DNA of 64,000 bases from Eledone cirrhosa (lineage: Eukaryota). The notes below the pieces were generated by a model. The model searched no databases, was not told the origin of the DNA, and was given only the letters and a program-made list of their open reading frames with translations. Position numbers and translations under genes: made by a program. The stretch is taken from positions 313,100,001 through 313,164,000 of the forward strand of contig OZ024743.1 of the NCBI GenBank assembly GCA_964016885.1, read 5' to 3'. Positions 13,300 to 24,960 of the stretch are shown in pieces (the stretch's first letter is position 1; each line of letters starts with the position of its first letter).

Positions 13300-13965
13300 A
13301 CTCCACAGCTTATTGCTTTTTCATTTTCTTCTTTTTCTTTTTTTTCTTTTTCCTTTTTTCTTTTTCTTCTTTTTCTTCTTTGTTTCTTTTCTTTTTCTTC
13401 TTTTTTCTTTTTCTTTTTCCTTTTTCTTTTTTATTTCTCCTCGTTTTTTATTTTTTATTTTTCATCTTTTTCATCTTTTTCTTTTTTTCTCTTTTACCTT
13501 ATTTCTTCTTTTTTTTGTTTTATTTTTGTTTATTTTTCTTTTTCTCCACCACTCACTTATTCCTGGGAGGGGCATGAGATGGTTGCTTCAGCAAGTCCTA
13601 TCAGAAGCAACCATCTCCAATTGATCTGGCTGGATCCCCCAACGAAACCAGCCGAGCTCATGGATGTTACCCAACCATCATGTTCAGGATCTACCTCCCC
13701 AGGTCTCCCGTCGATTGGTTTTACCCATAAAATCCAGCGATTTTTTTCCCTAGCACATTCTAACCACATGCCCATAGTATCAGAACTGTGATCTCTCAGT
13801 TTGGATAAGTAACGGCACTACCTGGAGAGACTCTCTGATATCCGAGCTATGCACTTTATCGAGTAATGTTACTCCAAACACTTTTCGGAGGAACCCCATT
13901 TCGACCGATTGTATTCGCAATCTTATTCTGTCGGTCATTACCCATGTATGAGCTGCATCTGGAAG
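13300..13965 (-). mobile_element. RTE LINE 3' fragment with expanded (GAA)-rich tail
   Basis: HTWVMTDRIRLRIQSVEMGFLRKVFGVTLLDKVHSSDIRESLQV; low-complexity T/C tract at 13300-13545; same family at 52140-52482. Confidence 0.8.
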
Positions 13966-14158
13966 CAATGACTAACTTTTCGGAGGCTGAGATCACAAGA
14001 GCAATTAAAGAGCTCACATGTGGTAAGGATAAAATTGTGGAGAGGATAAAATTCATCCAGAGATGTTAAAATCCTTAAATGGAAAAGGTATATAAAGTGA
14101 AGTCATTATTTTCCTTTTTTCAAATATACCTAACTGTACCAAGGATTTCACACATTTT

Positions 14159-14244
<86 letters not shown>

Positions 14245-14245
<1 letters not shown>

Positions 14246-17200
14246 CAAAATGTTTGACTCCGACGGCAGAGCTCAAGCCGTTTCGACGGCTATTTCTGGA
14301 CTAAATTAGAATTTTTAGCGTGGTAAATAAATAGCCGAACTTTTCAAGGGGTTATTCCTTATATGGGAGGATTGTAGTTGTCAAGAGGATTGGTCAAAAT
14401 TTCTTGTAAACACAATTAAGTCTATCATGGCAGTGGGTGTGAGGTGGGGTGGCTGAACTTGCCTGTAGAACAATGAGGGAGTGGGTGGAGCTGGTCAAGC
14501 GTTGAAAGTGAATTTTATACAGCAAATTCTAAGGATTGTATATATATGAAACTAGGCTAGAGGAAGCAGGCGAGAAAGGATTCTGGAGAAAATAGAGAAG
14601 GGACGTTATAGAATAGGTAAATCAATTGAGATTAGAAGATAATAAATAAATAAGAGAAAAAATATATAAAAATAAAAAAATTGGATAGTAAGAAGTGATA
14701 AAAAATCTCTAGTCTATATTTAGTTGGTGTTGCGTTTTCGGCCAATAGAATAGGTTAATAAATTGAGAATAGAAGATACTAAATAAATAAAAAAAATATA
14801 AAATTATAGAATTGGGTAGTAAAAAGTAATACAAAATCTCTGGGGATTAAAACAGCTGCTATAATCAGTTGGTATTGCGTTTTCGGCCAAAGCTATCTAT
14901 AATATACTGGGGTGGGGGTACTGAGGCTACAAAAGCCCGATGGGCTGCCTCTGGGTAGGTGAAAGGGTAAAAAGGAAAAGGAAGAGGATAGGGAGTGGAA
15001 GGAAGTGATAGGAAGAGATAAAGGGAAGAAGAAAATAAAAAGGAAAAGAAAAGTGGTACATCTACCTATATTAGCTGGTGTTTCCCCTATCATTTTCGGC
15101 AAGTGGGGAAAAGGAGGATGGCGCAGCCATTGTCTACCCACCCGGGTCATTAGGGGGTTTGAGGGCGAGGTAAGTCCTACGCAATCAGTGTTTGCATGCA
15201 GTTACCAGTTCGTCTTTTTTGTTTAGGAGTTGGTCCTTCGTAAACAGCATTTGTAAAGTTTCCTCCGAGCATAAGTTACACGGACGGCATCCTCCCGTGT
15301 AGGAGTTAGCCCTGGAAAGTAAGCTCCAAGTAAGATGGTATGTGATGTTATTATCTTGGAGGTCCCAAATGTGGCTCGAAAGTATAGTGGCATGTCGCCG
15401 GACCGGGTTTCGGAACGTATGTCGGTGTTGGTAGAGCCGAGTCTTAAAGTCACAAGCGGTTAATCCTATATAGGCTTTGTTGGAGGTGTCCGTCCTCACG
15501 TTGCACTGGAAGATCACGTTACGTTCTCGGCATCTGTTGTTGAGGGGGCACGTAGATCTATCAGGGCAGTTACACCTCCTAGTCGGCTCTCCACTAATGT
15601 CTAGATTGTTTCTTCCATAGGAGTTGAAATTTTTGTTGTTTGAGGATACGATGTTTTGTGCGAAGTTGGGTGTGGTGCTGTAGGAGAGTTTGATAGTGTT
15701 TTTGTTGATTATGTTGTGGTAGCGGTGTTGTGGTGGGAAGTGTTTTTCGAGGAGCCTAAAGATTTTCCCGATAGGTGTTGCCACCTCGACATTGTGGGGA
15801 GGGCTGAACCACGTTACGTGGCGTGAGCGGTGGCGTCGCCTGCTGGTTCCGCTAAAGGAAGCTGGATAAAAGGAGATTTCTTCCCGGAAGCCGCTTCGCT
15901 TAGCGCCTGGTTCTAATGAGGCGCATGTTAATCGAATATCTGCTCATTAGCGGACAAACGAGATATGCAGAGGGAGATGTTTTTAACCAGGTTAGTGGTG
16001 ATGTTTCTAGGATGGTTTGAGCGGCGGTGGATGTAGTGCAGGATGTTGTTTTGTTTCCTGTATGGGTAGTACAGATCATTTTCGCGGTTGAGGGTAACGT
16101 CTAGATAATTGACTCGGGTTAGGACGTTTGTAGGGTAATTTTAAATCCTCAGTCCCGGAGGAAGTTGATTAGTTGTTTACGGACTCTGTCTGTACTACTG
16201 GGGTTGTACCCTTGAGGGTAAGGAGCCCATCGTCTCGGTACAATCCACCGCCGAATGCAGGAAACATTTCGGTGAGTTTATATAGTAGGAATAATACTAT
16301 AAGATCGCTCACCTTGGCCGAGTCGGTCGCGGCCATACTGTCGTCGAAGGGGGGAGTCGGGAGCTCTCTTTATCCACTTGGAGTTGTCGAAAAGGAGGAC
16401 TGTCTTCGTGGCGTGGAGAATGATATTTCTTTCCTGGTCGGTGATGGGTGTGAGTGTTTTAGTAAAGTCCAAAGCGGCCGTAAGGAGCGGTAAGGTAATA
16501 GATGCATAGTAACTCTCTGTCAAACTGGATGAATTTGGTGTCCTGTTTGTCCTCAATATTCCTGAACCATGAGATTACTTCCTGGGTGCTGACCCATAGG
16601 CTAAGTCTCGCGTTTTGATTAACTTTTGGTATAACGCGGTCTAGGATCTTTTTACTGATTCTCCCTATGTCCGACTTCGTCGGGTTTATAAGCCTGATGG
16701 ATGGTTTGCGGTCGAAGTCGGATTTGTGGTCCTTCAGTGTGAAGTAGGGAGTCCGTTGGTCGAGGGATTCAGTGCGGTCGGTGACCCCGAGGCTGGAGGT
16801 AAGTTGTTGTCCATCGAGATTTATGTCCTCGATAATTGAATGGTTAGCCTTTTTTTAGGTGGAATTCAGTCTGCTCCTGATCAGTGTGTGGTATCTGTCA
16901 GGGTTGACGAAATAGAGGTTTTCAGTTTTGTCCGAATTCACCAGGATGTCGTTGGTGCCTTCATTCTTTTCGCAAACAGGTCGATTTTTGCGTGAGCATC
17001 CGAAGGTAAAGTTTTCTCGGTGGAACTGGGATGTTCTGGATGGAGAAGTCGATATTGTGTTTTAGCATGGTGCGGCTAATGAAACTTGAGCTGGGTGGAA
17101 AAGTCAGGAAATGGCGTGGTAGGGTCGGAAAGTCCTCTACTACGGAGGTAAGAGCTAGATAACGAAGGAGGTGTGGTAAGGAACCAGATGGACCATAACG

Positions 17201-17665
17201 CACCAAAGTACTCAATACTTAGGGTAGTAGAGTGGGTAATAGGAAAATGTTTGACCCCGACGGCAGAGCTCAAACCGTTTTGACGGCTTTTTCTGGACTA
17301 AATTAGAATTTTTAGCGTGGTAAATAAATAGCCGAACTTTTCAAGGGATAATTCCTTATATGGGAGGATTGTAGTTATCAAGAGGATTGGTCAACATTTC
17401 TTGTAAACACAATTAAGTCTATCATGGCAATGGGTGGGGGGTGGGGCTGGCTGAACTTGTCTGTAGAAGAATGAGGGAGTGGGTGGAGCTGGTCAAGCGT
17501 TAAAAGTGAATTTTATACAGCAAATTCTAAGGATTGTATATGAAACTAGGCTAGAGGAAGTAGGCGAAAAAGGATTCTGGAGAAAATAGAGAAGGGACGT
17601 TATAGAATAGGTAAATCAATTGAGATTAGGAGATCATAAATAAATAAAATAAAAAAAAATAAAAA
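14245..17665 (-). mobile_element. Penelope-like element, Naiad-type, with direct pseudo-LTRs (~14245-14690, ~17244-17665); ORF disrupted
   Basis: NIDFSIQNIPVP, SDKTENLY, TLKDHKSDF..RLINPTKSDIGRISK, GLYRDDGL (RT), CNCPDRSTCPL and GIY-YIG AYIGLT..FKTRLYQH (ORF 15185-15784). Stops, frameshifts and an N-terminal deletion. Confidence 0.9.
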
Positions 17666-17899
17666 AAAACATTTTATGCCATTACTTACTTCTATAGGTA
17701 AGTATACATTACCCGTATGTTTTTTGAAGGTACATATACTTTCTCGTACGTATATTTGCTTGTATTTGTTATAGGGGTATATTATATTATATATACTGGT
17801 ACATGTGTATATGGTTATGTGTATATGTGTATTTTTTGTTTGTGTGTGTATGCGAGTTTGCACGTATGTAAGGTGTGTATATGTGTACTTTGTGTTTGG

Positions 17900-18243
17900 T
17901 ATAATATATATATTATATATATATATATTATATATATATATTATATTATATATATATATTATATTATATATATATTATATTATAATATATATATTATATT
18001 ATATATATATATTATATTATATAAATATATATATATATATGTATATATATATGTATATATTATATATATATAAAATGTATATATATATATATGTATATAT
18101 TATATATATATATGTATATATTATATATATATATATATATTATATATATATATATGTATATATTATATATATATGTATATTTTATATATATATGTATATT
18201 ATATATATATATATGTATATATTATATATGTATATATTATATA

Positions 18244-18285
<42 letters not shown>

Positions 18286-18712
18286 TATATATGTATATAT
18301 TATATATATATATATGTATATATTATATATGTATATATTATATATATATATATATATATTATATATGTATATATTATATATATATATATGTATATATTAT
18401 ATATATATATATTATATATATATATATATATTATATATATTATATATATATATATTATATATATATATATATATTATATATGTATATATTATATATATAT
18501 ATATATATTATATATATATGTATATATTATATATATATATTATATATGTATATATTATATATATATATATTATATATATTATATATATTATATATGTATA
18601 TATTATATATATATATATTATATATATATGTATATATTATATATGTATATATTATATATATATATTATATATGTATATATTATATATATATATATTATAT
18701 ATATGTATATAT

Positions 18713-18745
<33 letters not shown>

Positions 18746-19263
18746 ATGTATATATTATATGTATATATGTATATATTATATATATATGTATATATTATAT
18801 ATATATGTATATATTATATATATATATTATGTATATATTATACGTATATATATATATATTATATATATATGTATATATTATATATATATATGTATATATT
18901 ATATATATATATTATATATTATATATATATGTATATATTATATATATATATTATATATATATGTATATATTATATATATATGTATATATTATATATATGT
19001 ATATATTATATATATGTGTATATTATATATATATGTATATAGTATATATATATATATATGTATATATTATATATATATATGTATATATTATATATATGTA
19101 TATATTATATATATATATGTATATATTATATATATATATGTATATATTATATATATATATGTATATATTATATATATATATGTATATATTATATATATAT
19201 ATGTATATATTATATATATACATGTATATATTATATATATTATATATATATGTATATATTATA

Positions 19264-19297
<34 letters not shown>

Positions 19298-19415
19298 GTA
19301 CGTATGTATTATATATATGTACGTATGTATTATATATATGTATGTATGTATTATATATATAAATGTATATATTATATATATATATGTATATATTATATAT
19401 ATATGTATATATTAT

Positions 19416-19448
<33 letters not shown>

Positions 19449-19477
19449 GTATATATTATATATATATATGTATATAT

Positions 19478-19522
<45 letters not shown>
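17900..19522. repeat. Complex (TA)n-derived satellite, unit ~TATAT-TATATATATATG
   Basis: Direct inspection; source of the spurious Y/I-rich ORFs. Confidence 0.95.
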
Positions 19523-19524
<2 letters not shown>

Positions 19525-19525
<1 letters not shown>

Positions 19526-21285
19526 AAAGTATTGAAGTTTGCTTGAAGCATTGTGGTATAATAAGTAAATATCTTTAAGTCGTTTGGAAGCCTCGACAAT
19601 GCAAATGGGTAAATTTCCGGGTAACAAGATCCGGTGGTGGAGAGAGAAATGTAAGTGGGTGTACGTTGAGATGCGTGGTGTGTATAAGACGTGTAGAAGA
19701 ATGAAGGAAAGAGTATAAAGGATAAAATAAAAATAACACGAGAGAGATTTACCTTGAGAGAGATTTAATTGTCCCTATATATTTCGGATTCACATCCATC
19801 AACTGGGGTTTTTTTCCTGGGTGGGGGAAAGGTTGTCTGTCGGAAAGGTGCGAAACGCGTCCTCCGCTGTTTGTTGTTTTCAATATCTGAGGTATTCAGC
19901 AGAGCGCGCGTGCGCGTGAAATGGGGTCGGTCGGGCAGAGGTCAGCGGCCGAATGTGGGAGTGGTGTGGCGCTAGCTGTCAGTCCATTCTCTGCCTGTTT
20001 GTTAAATGTTACTGCGTGTGTGTGTGCCTGTGTTGTTGTCTCGCTTGAGTGTGTGTGTGTGTGCGTGTGTTGTTGCCTTGTTCCTCTGTATTGGCAGTGT
20101 AGTATGTTCGTATGGTGGAATGCTACTGTGTGTGTGTGCGTGTGTAGTTGTCTCGTTTGTGTGTGTGTGTGTGCGTGTATTGCTGCATCGTTTGTTACAC
20201 TTAAACCAGCCATCTCATTTTGCTTCTCTCGGATCGATTGTTTATTTGCGGTTGCAGTTGTTTGATAAGAAGCGCTTCCTTGATACGTAACGTGCCGACG
20301 TTTCTTTCAGTCGCTAGAATTGTGACAATGGGCCTTCCGTCTTTGTTTCCGCATTTGTCTATGTGTTTCCGGAAAGACGAGGCCCTGGTTTTAGTGTGTT
20401 CCTTGATCCGGATGTGCAAAGGTCGGATTGTGTACCTATGTAGTATTGGTTGCACCTGTCACATTCTATCTTATACACGACGTATGTGCGTAGGCAACAG
20501 TTCGCATGGCGTATCGGGCAGTCTCTGAGGGCGCACGCGTCAGTAGATTTCCCGGGTTTCCTGGAGAGGCATCTTCGCAGGGAGGGGCCAGGTGGATGTC
20601 GAGGCCCTCCCTCCGTATAGCCTTGCGGATAGCGTTGGTGGTATTCTCGGTCAGGTGTGGCATTTTAAGGAAGCACTTGCCTTGCGTGCCTCTCTGTCTC
20701 TTGTGTCTGGTGTCTCCTATTCTGTCTGTGAGCGAGGTAGGGTACCCGTTCGTCTCCAGCACCTCGAGGAATCGCTTGGTATGAGTGACACCACTCGCGG
20801 GGATCGCTTCATCTGTTTTTGATTCGCGCTATCTCGTTCGTGATGTATCCTCTTTTGGCACTGTTAGGGAGGGCGGACTTGTAGTGAACGAACAGGTCCC
20901 TGCAGGCTGCCTTTCGGTAGAAGTTGCAGTCGATCCTTCCCTGTTCCCTGATGTTAATACGGAAGTCGAGGAGGGCAAGTGACCCGTCTTCGTTGGGGTG
21001 TTCGACACTGAAGTCAATGTTCTCGTCCGTGTTGTTGAACGTCTCATAGATTCTGTTCGCCGTGTCTTGGAAAGGTGTGAGGATGAGGATATCGTCCACG
21101 TACCTTGAGAAAAAGGCTACGGCGTTGGGGTGGCAGGCGTTGAGTGCCTTGCTTTCAAGGTTGTCCATGTAAGAGATCGCTAGCACACCTGACAGGTTTG
21201 ATCCCATGGGTAATCCCGAGGTTTGTTGGTATGTTTGGTCAAGGAATCCGAAGTAGGTGTTGTCTACGACGATGGATAGGAGTTG
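19525..21285 (-). mobile_element. 5'-truncated Penelope/Poseidon-type element (RT + GIY-YIG), degraded, with 3' pLTR
   Basis: MGSNLSGVLA..YMDNLE, FSRYVDDIL, LALLDFRI, NGYP, T.RPLHIRIKEH, IKEALLIKQLQPQINNRSE. Confidence 0.9.
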
Positions 21286-21759
21286 GTATATATATATATA
21301 TGTATATATATGTATATGTATATATTATATATATGTATATATATATGTATATATATATATATATATGAATATATTATATATATATGTATATATTATATAT
21401 ATATGTATATATTATATATATATGTATATATTATATATATATGTATATATTATATATATATATATATGTATATATTATATATATATGTATATATTATATA
21501 TATATATATATGTATATATTATATATATATATATATGTATATATTATATATATATATATATATATGTATATATTATATATATATATATATTATATATATA
21601 TGTATATATTATATATATATGTATATATTATATATATATATGTATATATTATATATATATTATATATATATATATGTATATATTATATATATATATGTAT
21701 ATATTATATATATATAATATATATATATGTATATATTATATATATATTATATATGTATA

Positions 21760-21819
<60 letters not shown>

Positions 21820-22202
21820 GTGTGTATGTTATATATATATATATGTATATATTATATATATATATGTATATATATATATATAAATATATTATATATATAT
21901 ATGTATATTATATATATATATATATGTATATATTATATATATGTATATATTATATATATATATGTATATATATGTATATATTATATATATATATGTCTAT
22001 ATTATATATGTATATATTATATATATATGTATATATCATATATATATATTTATATATTATATATATATATATACGTATATATTATATATATATATATATT
22101 ATATATATATATGTATATATTATATATATATATGTATATATTATATATATATGTGTATATATTATATATATATGTATATATTATATATATATATGTATAT
22201 AT

Positions 22203-22253
<51 letters not shown>

Positions 22254-22612
22254 GTATATATTATATATGTATATATTATATATATGTATATATTATATAT
22301 ATGTATATATTATATATATATGTATATATTATATATATATATGTATATATTATATATATGTATATATATATATGTATATATTACATATCTATATGTATAT
22401 ATTACATATATATATGTATATATTACATATCTATATGTATATATTACATATATATATGTATATATTATATATATATATATACCTGTATATATATATATAT
22501 ATGTATATATTACATATATATATGTATATATTATATATATACCTGTATATATATATATATATATATTTATATATTATATAATATATATGTATATATATCT
22601 ATATATATATAT

Positions 22613-22651
<39 letters not shown>

Positions 22652-22683
22652 AATATATATATATACATATATATTATATAATG

Positions 22684-22722
<39 letters not shown>

Positions 22723-22744
22723 GTATATATATATATATATATAC

Positions 22745-22784
<40 letters not shown>

Positions 22785-23421
22785 GTATATATATATATAA
22801 TATATACATATATATATATGTAATATATACATATATATATATATATAAATATATATATATATGTATATATTATATATATATATATATGTATATATTATAT
22901 ATGTATATATTATATATGTATATATTATATATATATATATTATATATATGTATATATTATATATATATATATTATATATATATATATTATATATATGTCA
23001 ATATTATATATGTATATATTATATATGTATATATTATATATGTATATATTATATATGTATATATTATATATGTATATGTATATATTATATATATGTATGT
23101 ATTATATATGTATATGTATATATTATATATATATATATATGTATATATTATATATGTATATATTATATATGTATATGCATATATTATATATATATATGAA
23201 TATATTATATATATATGTATATATTATATATATATATGTATATATTATATATATATATGTATATATTATATATATATATGTATACATTATATATATATAT
23301 GTATATATTAAATATATATATGTATATATTATATATATATCTGTACATATTAAATATATATATGTCTATATTATATATATATATATATGTCTATATTATA
23401 TATATATATATATATGCTTAT

Positions 23422-23454
<33 letters not shown>

Positions 23455-23495
23455 TATATATGTGTATATTATATATATATATATATATATATATG

Positions 23496-23543
23496 TATAA
23501 GTATGTACACGTACATACATATATGTATACAGACGTACAGTAG

Positions 23544-23599
<56 letters not shown>

Positions 23600-24020
23600 C
23601 ATGCACACATATATATATGTACGTATGGATTCACCGAACATTTATTATAATGCTCGGTGTGTTTGAAACAAACATCCCGTATTAAGTCGTAGTGTCCAGC
23701 AACCATCGTTGCTCGTTTGTTCAACACTGACAAAGGAACGCTGTACTAGTTTCAAGCTTATTAGCTATCGTCAGCAACGTATACCTTCCTGCCAGATTGT
23801 TGAACGTATATACTTACCTCATGCATATTAACGGCTGAGCAGCCCAATTTGCATATCGAGTGGGTTAATCGGCCGGGTTCACCGAAAACGATAAACGGAA
23901 AAAATGAAACGAAATTTCATTTCCCACTCTTAGTACGGCTGTTACTTAAATATAAGTATGTATACGTACATACATATATGTATACAGACGTACAGTAGTA
24001 TGTATATATATATACATACA
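23496..24020 (-). mobile_element. Retrozyme-like element, ~1.15-mer head-to-tail
   Basis: Same family as 1939-2785; terminal redundancy (taagtatgta.acgtacatac..cagacgtacagtagtatg at both ends). Confidence 0.8.
23738..23780 (-). ncRNA. Minimal type I hammerhead ribozyme
   Basis: acgttg CTGACGA tagctaataagctt GAAA ctagTA^cagcgt; stem I retained through a G.U to U.G swap. Confidence 0.85.
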
Positions 24021-24121
24021 TGCATATATTTATGTATACATGTATATATTATCTATATATATGTATATATTACATATGTATATATTATATATGTATATAT
24101 TATCTATATATATGTATATAT

Positions 24122-24157
<36 letters not shown>

Positions 24158-24647
24158 ATATATATATATATGTATATATTATATATGTATATATTATATA
24201 TATATATATGTATATAAAGGTTTACATATACATAAAGTTATAGATATATATATGTTGCAACCGGTCACTTTTAAGCTCTATGAAGAATTAATAAATTAAA
24301 TAATCAGAGCAATATATGATTTATGATATATATGTATATATATATATATGTATATATTATATATATATATGTATATATTATATATATATGTATATATTAT
24401 ATATATATATATGCATATATTACTTATATATATGTATATATTATATATATGTATATTTTCACCGTATTTTTACACTCATCGAAAGAACCAGGAAATCTCC
24501 TTCAAGAATTCCACTTTTAGGTTTCCCATAAGAATCAAGCACTGGAAAAAAGAAAGTCACCAAAATATTTTACATCATCATCATCATCATCATCACCATA
24601 ATCATCATCATCATCCTCCTCATCATCACCATCGTCAGTGTCAAATT

Positions 24648-24695
24648 GAAAAAGATGAGTATTGACGTACATGTACGTCAATACTCATCTTTTTC
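24648..24695. repeat. Perfect 48-bp palindrome
   Basis: gaaaaagatgagtattgacgtaca|tgtacgtcaatactcatctttttc. Confidence 0.9.
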
Positions 24696-24960
24696 CATTT
24701 ATCTGAGGGTTCTAAACCCCATTATCAGGCTAAAAAATTCCTTTAGTCAAAAATATTTCTATTTTCTAATTTCAAACCTGCTCACTGTTTCAAAACATAC
24801 TTACTTGCCATATATGTATATATTATATATATGTATATATTATATATATATATGTATATATTATATATATATATATGTATATATTATATATATATGTATA
24901 TATTATATATATATGTATATATTATATATATATATGTATATATTATATATATATATATGT

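Larger units (their letters stand above)
21287..24460. repeat. Complex (TA)n-derived satellite, interrupted by a retrozyme-like element
   Basis: Same unit as 17900-19522. Confidence 0.95.

Noticed and set aside
13129-13791. Phe/Ser-rich 'membrane protein' ORFs
   Set aside because: Antisense reading of the expanded (GAA)-rich tail of an RTE fragment.
15185-15187. TGA ending the Naiad ORF as a selenocysteine codon
   Set aside because: It follows the CKH motif rather than replacing a conserved Cys, the visible Cys codons are TGY, and no convincing SECIS was seen; a CGA to TGA change or a true stop is simpler.
17805-24243. Long Y/I/C/M-rich ORFs (up to 576 aa) here and similar ORFs elsewhere
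   Set aside because: Translations of (TA)n/(TG)n arrays that happen to lack stops; not genes.
24572-24635. Poly-His coding tract
   Set aside because: (CAT)n microsatellite without splice signals or coding context.
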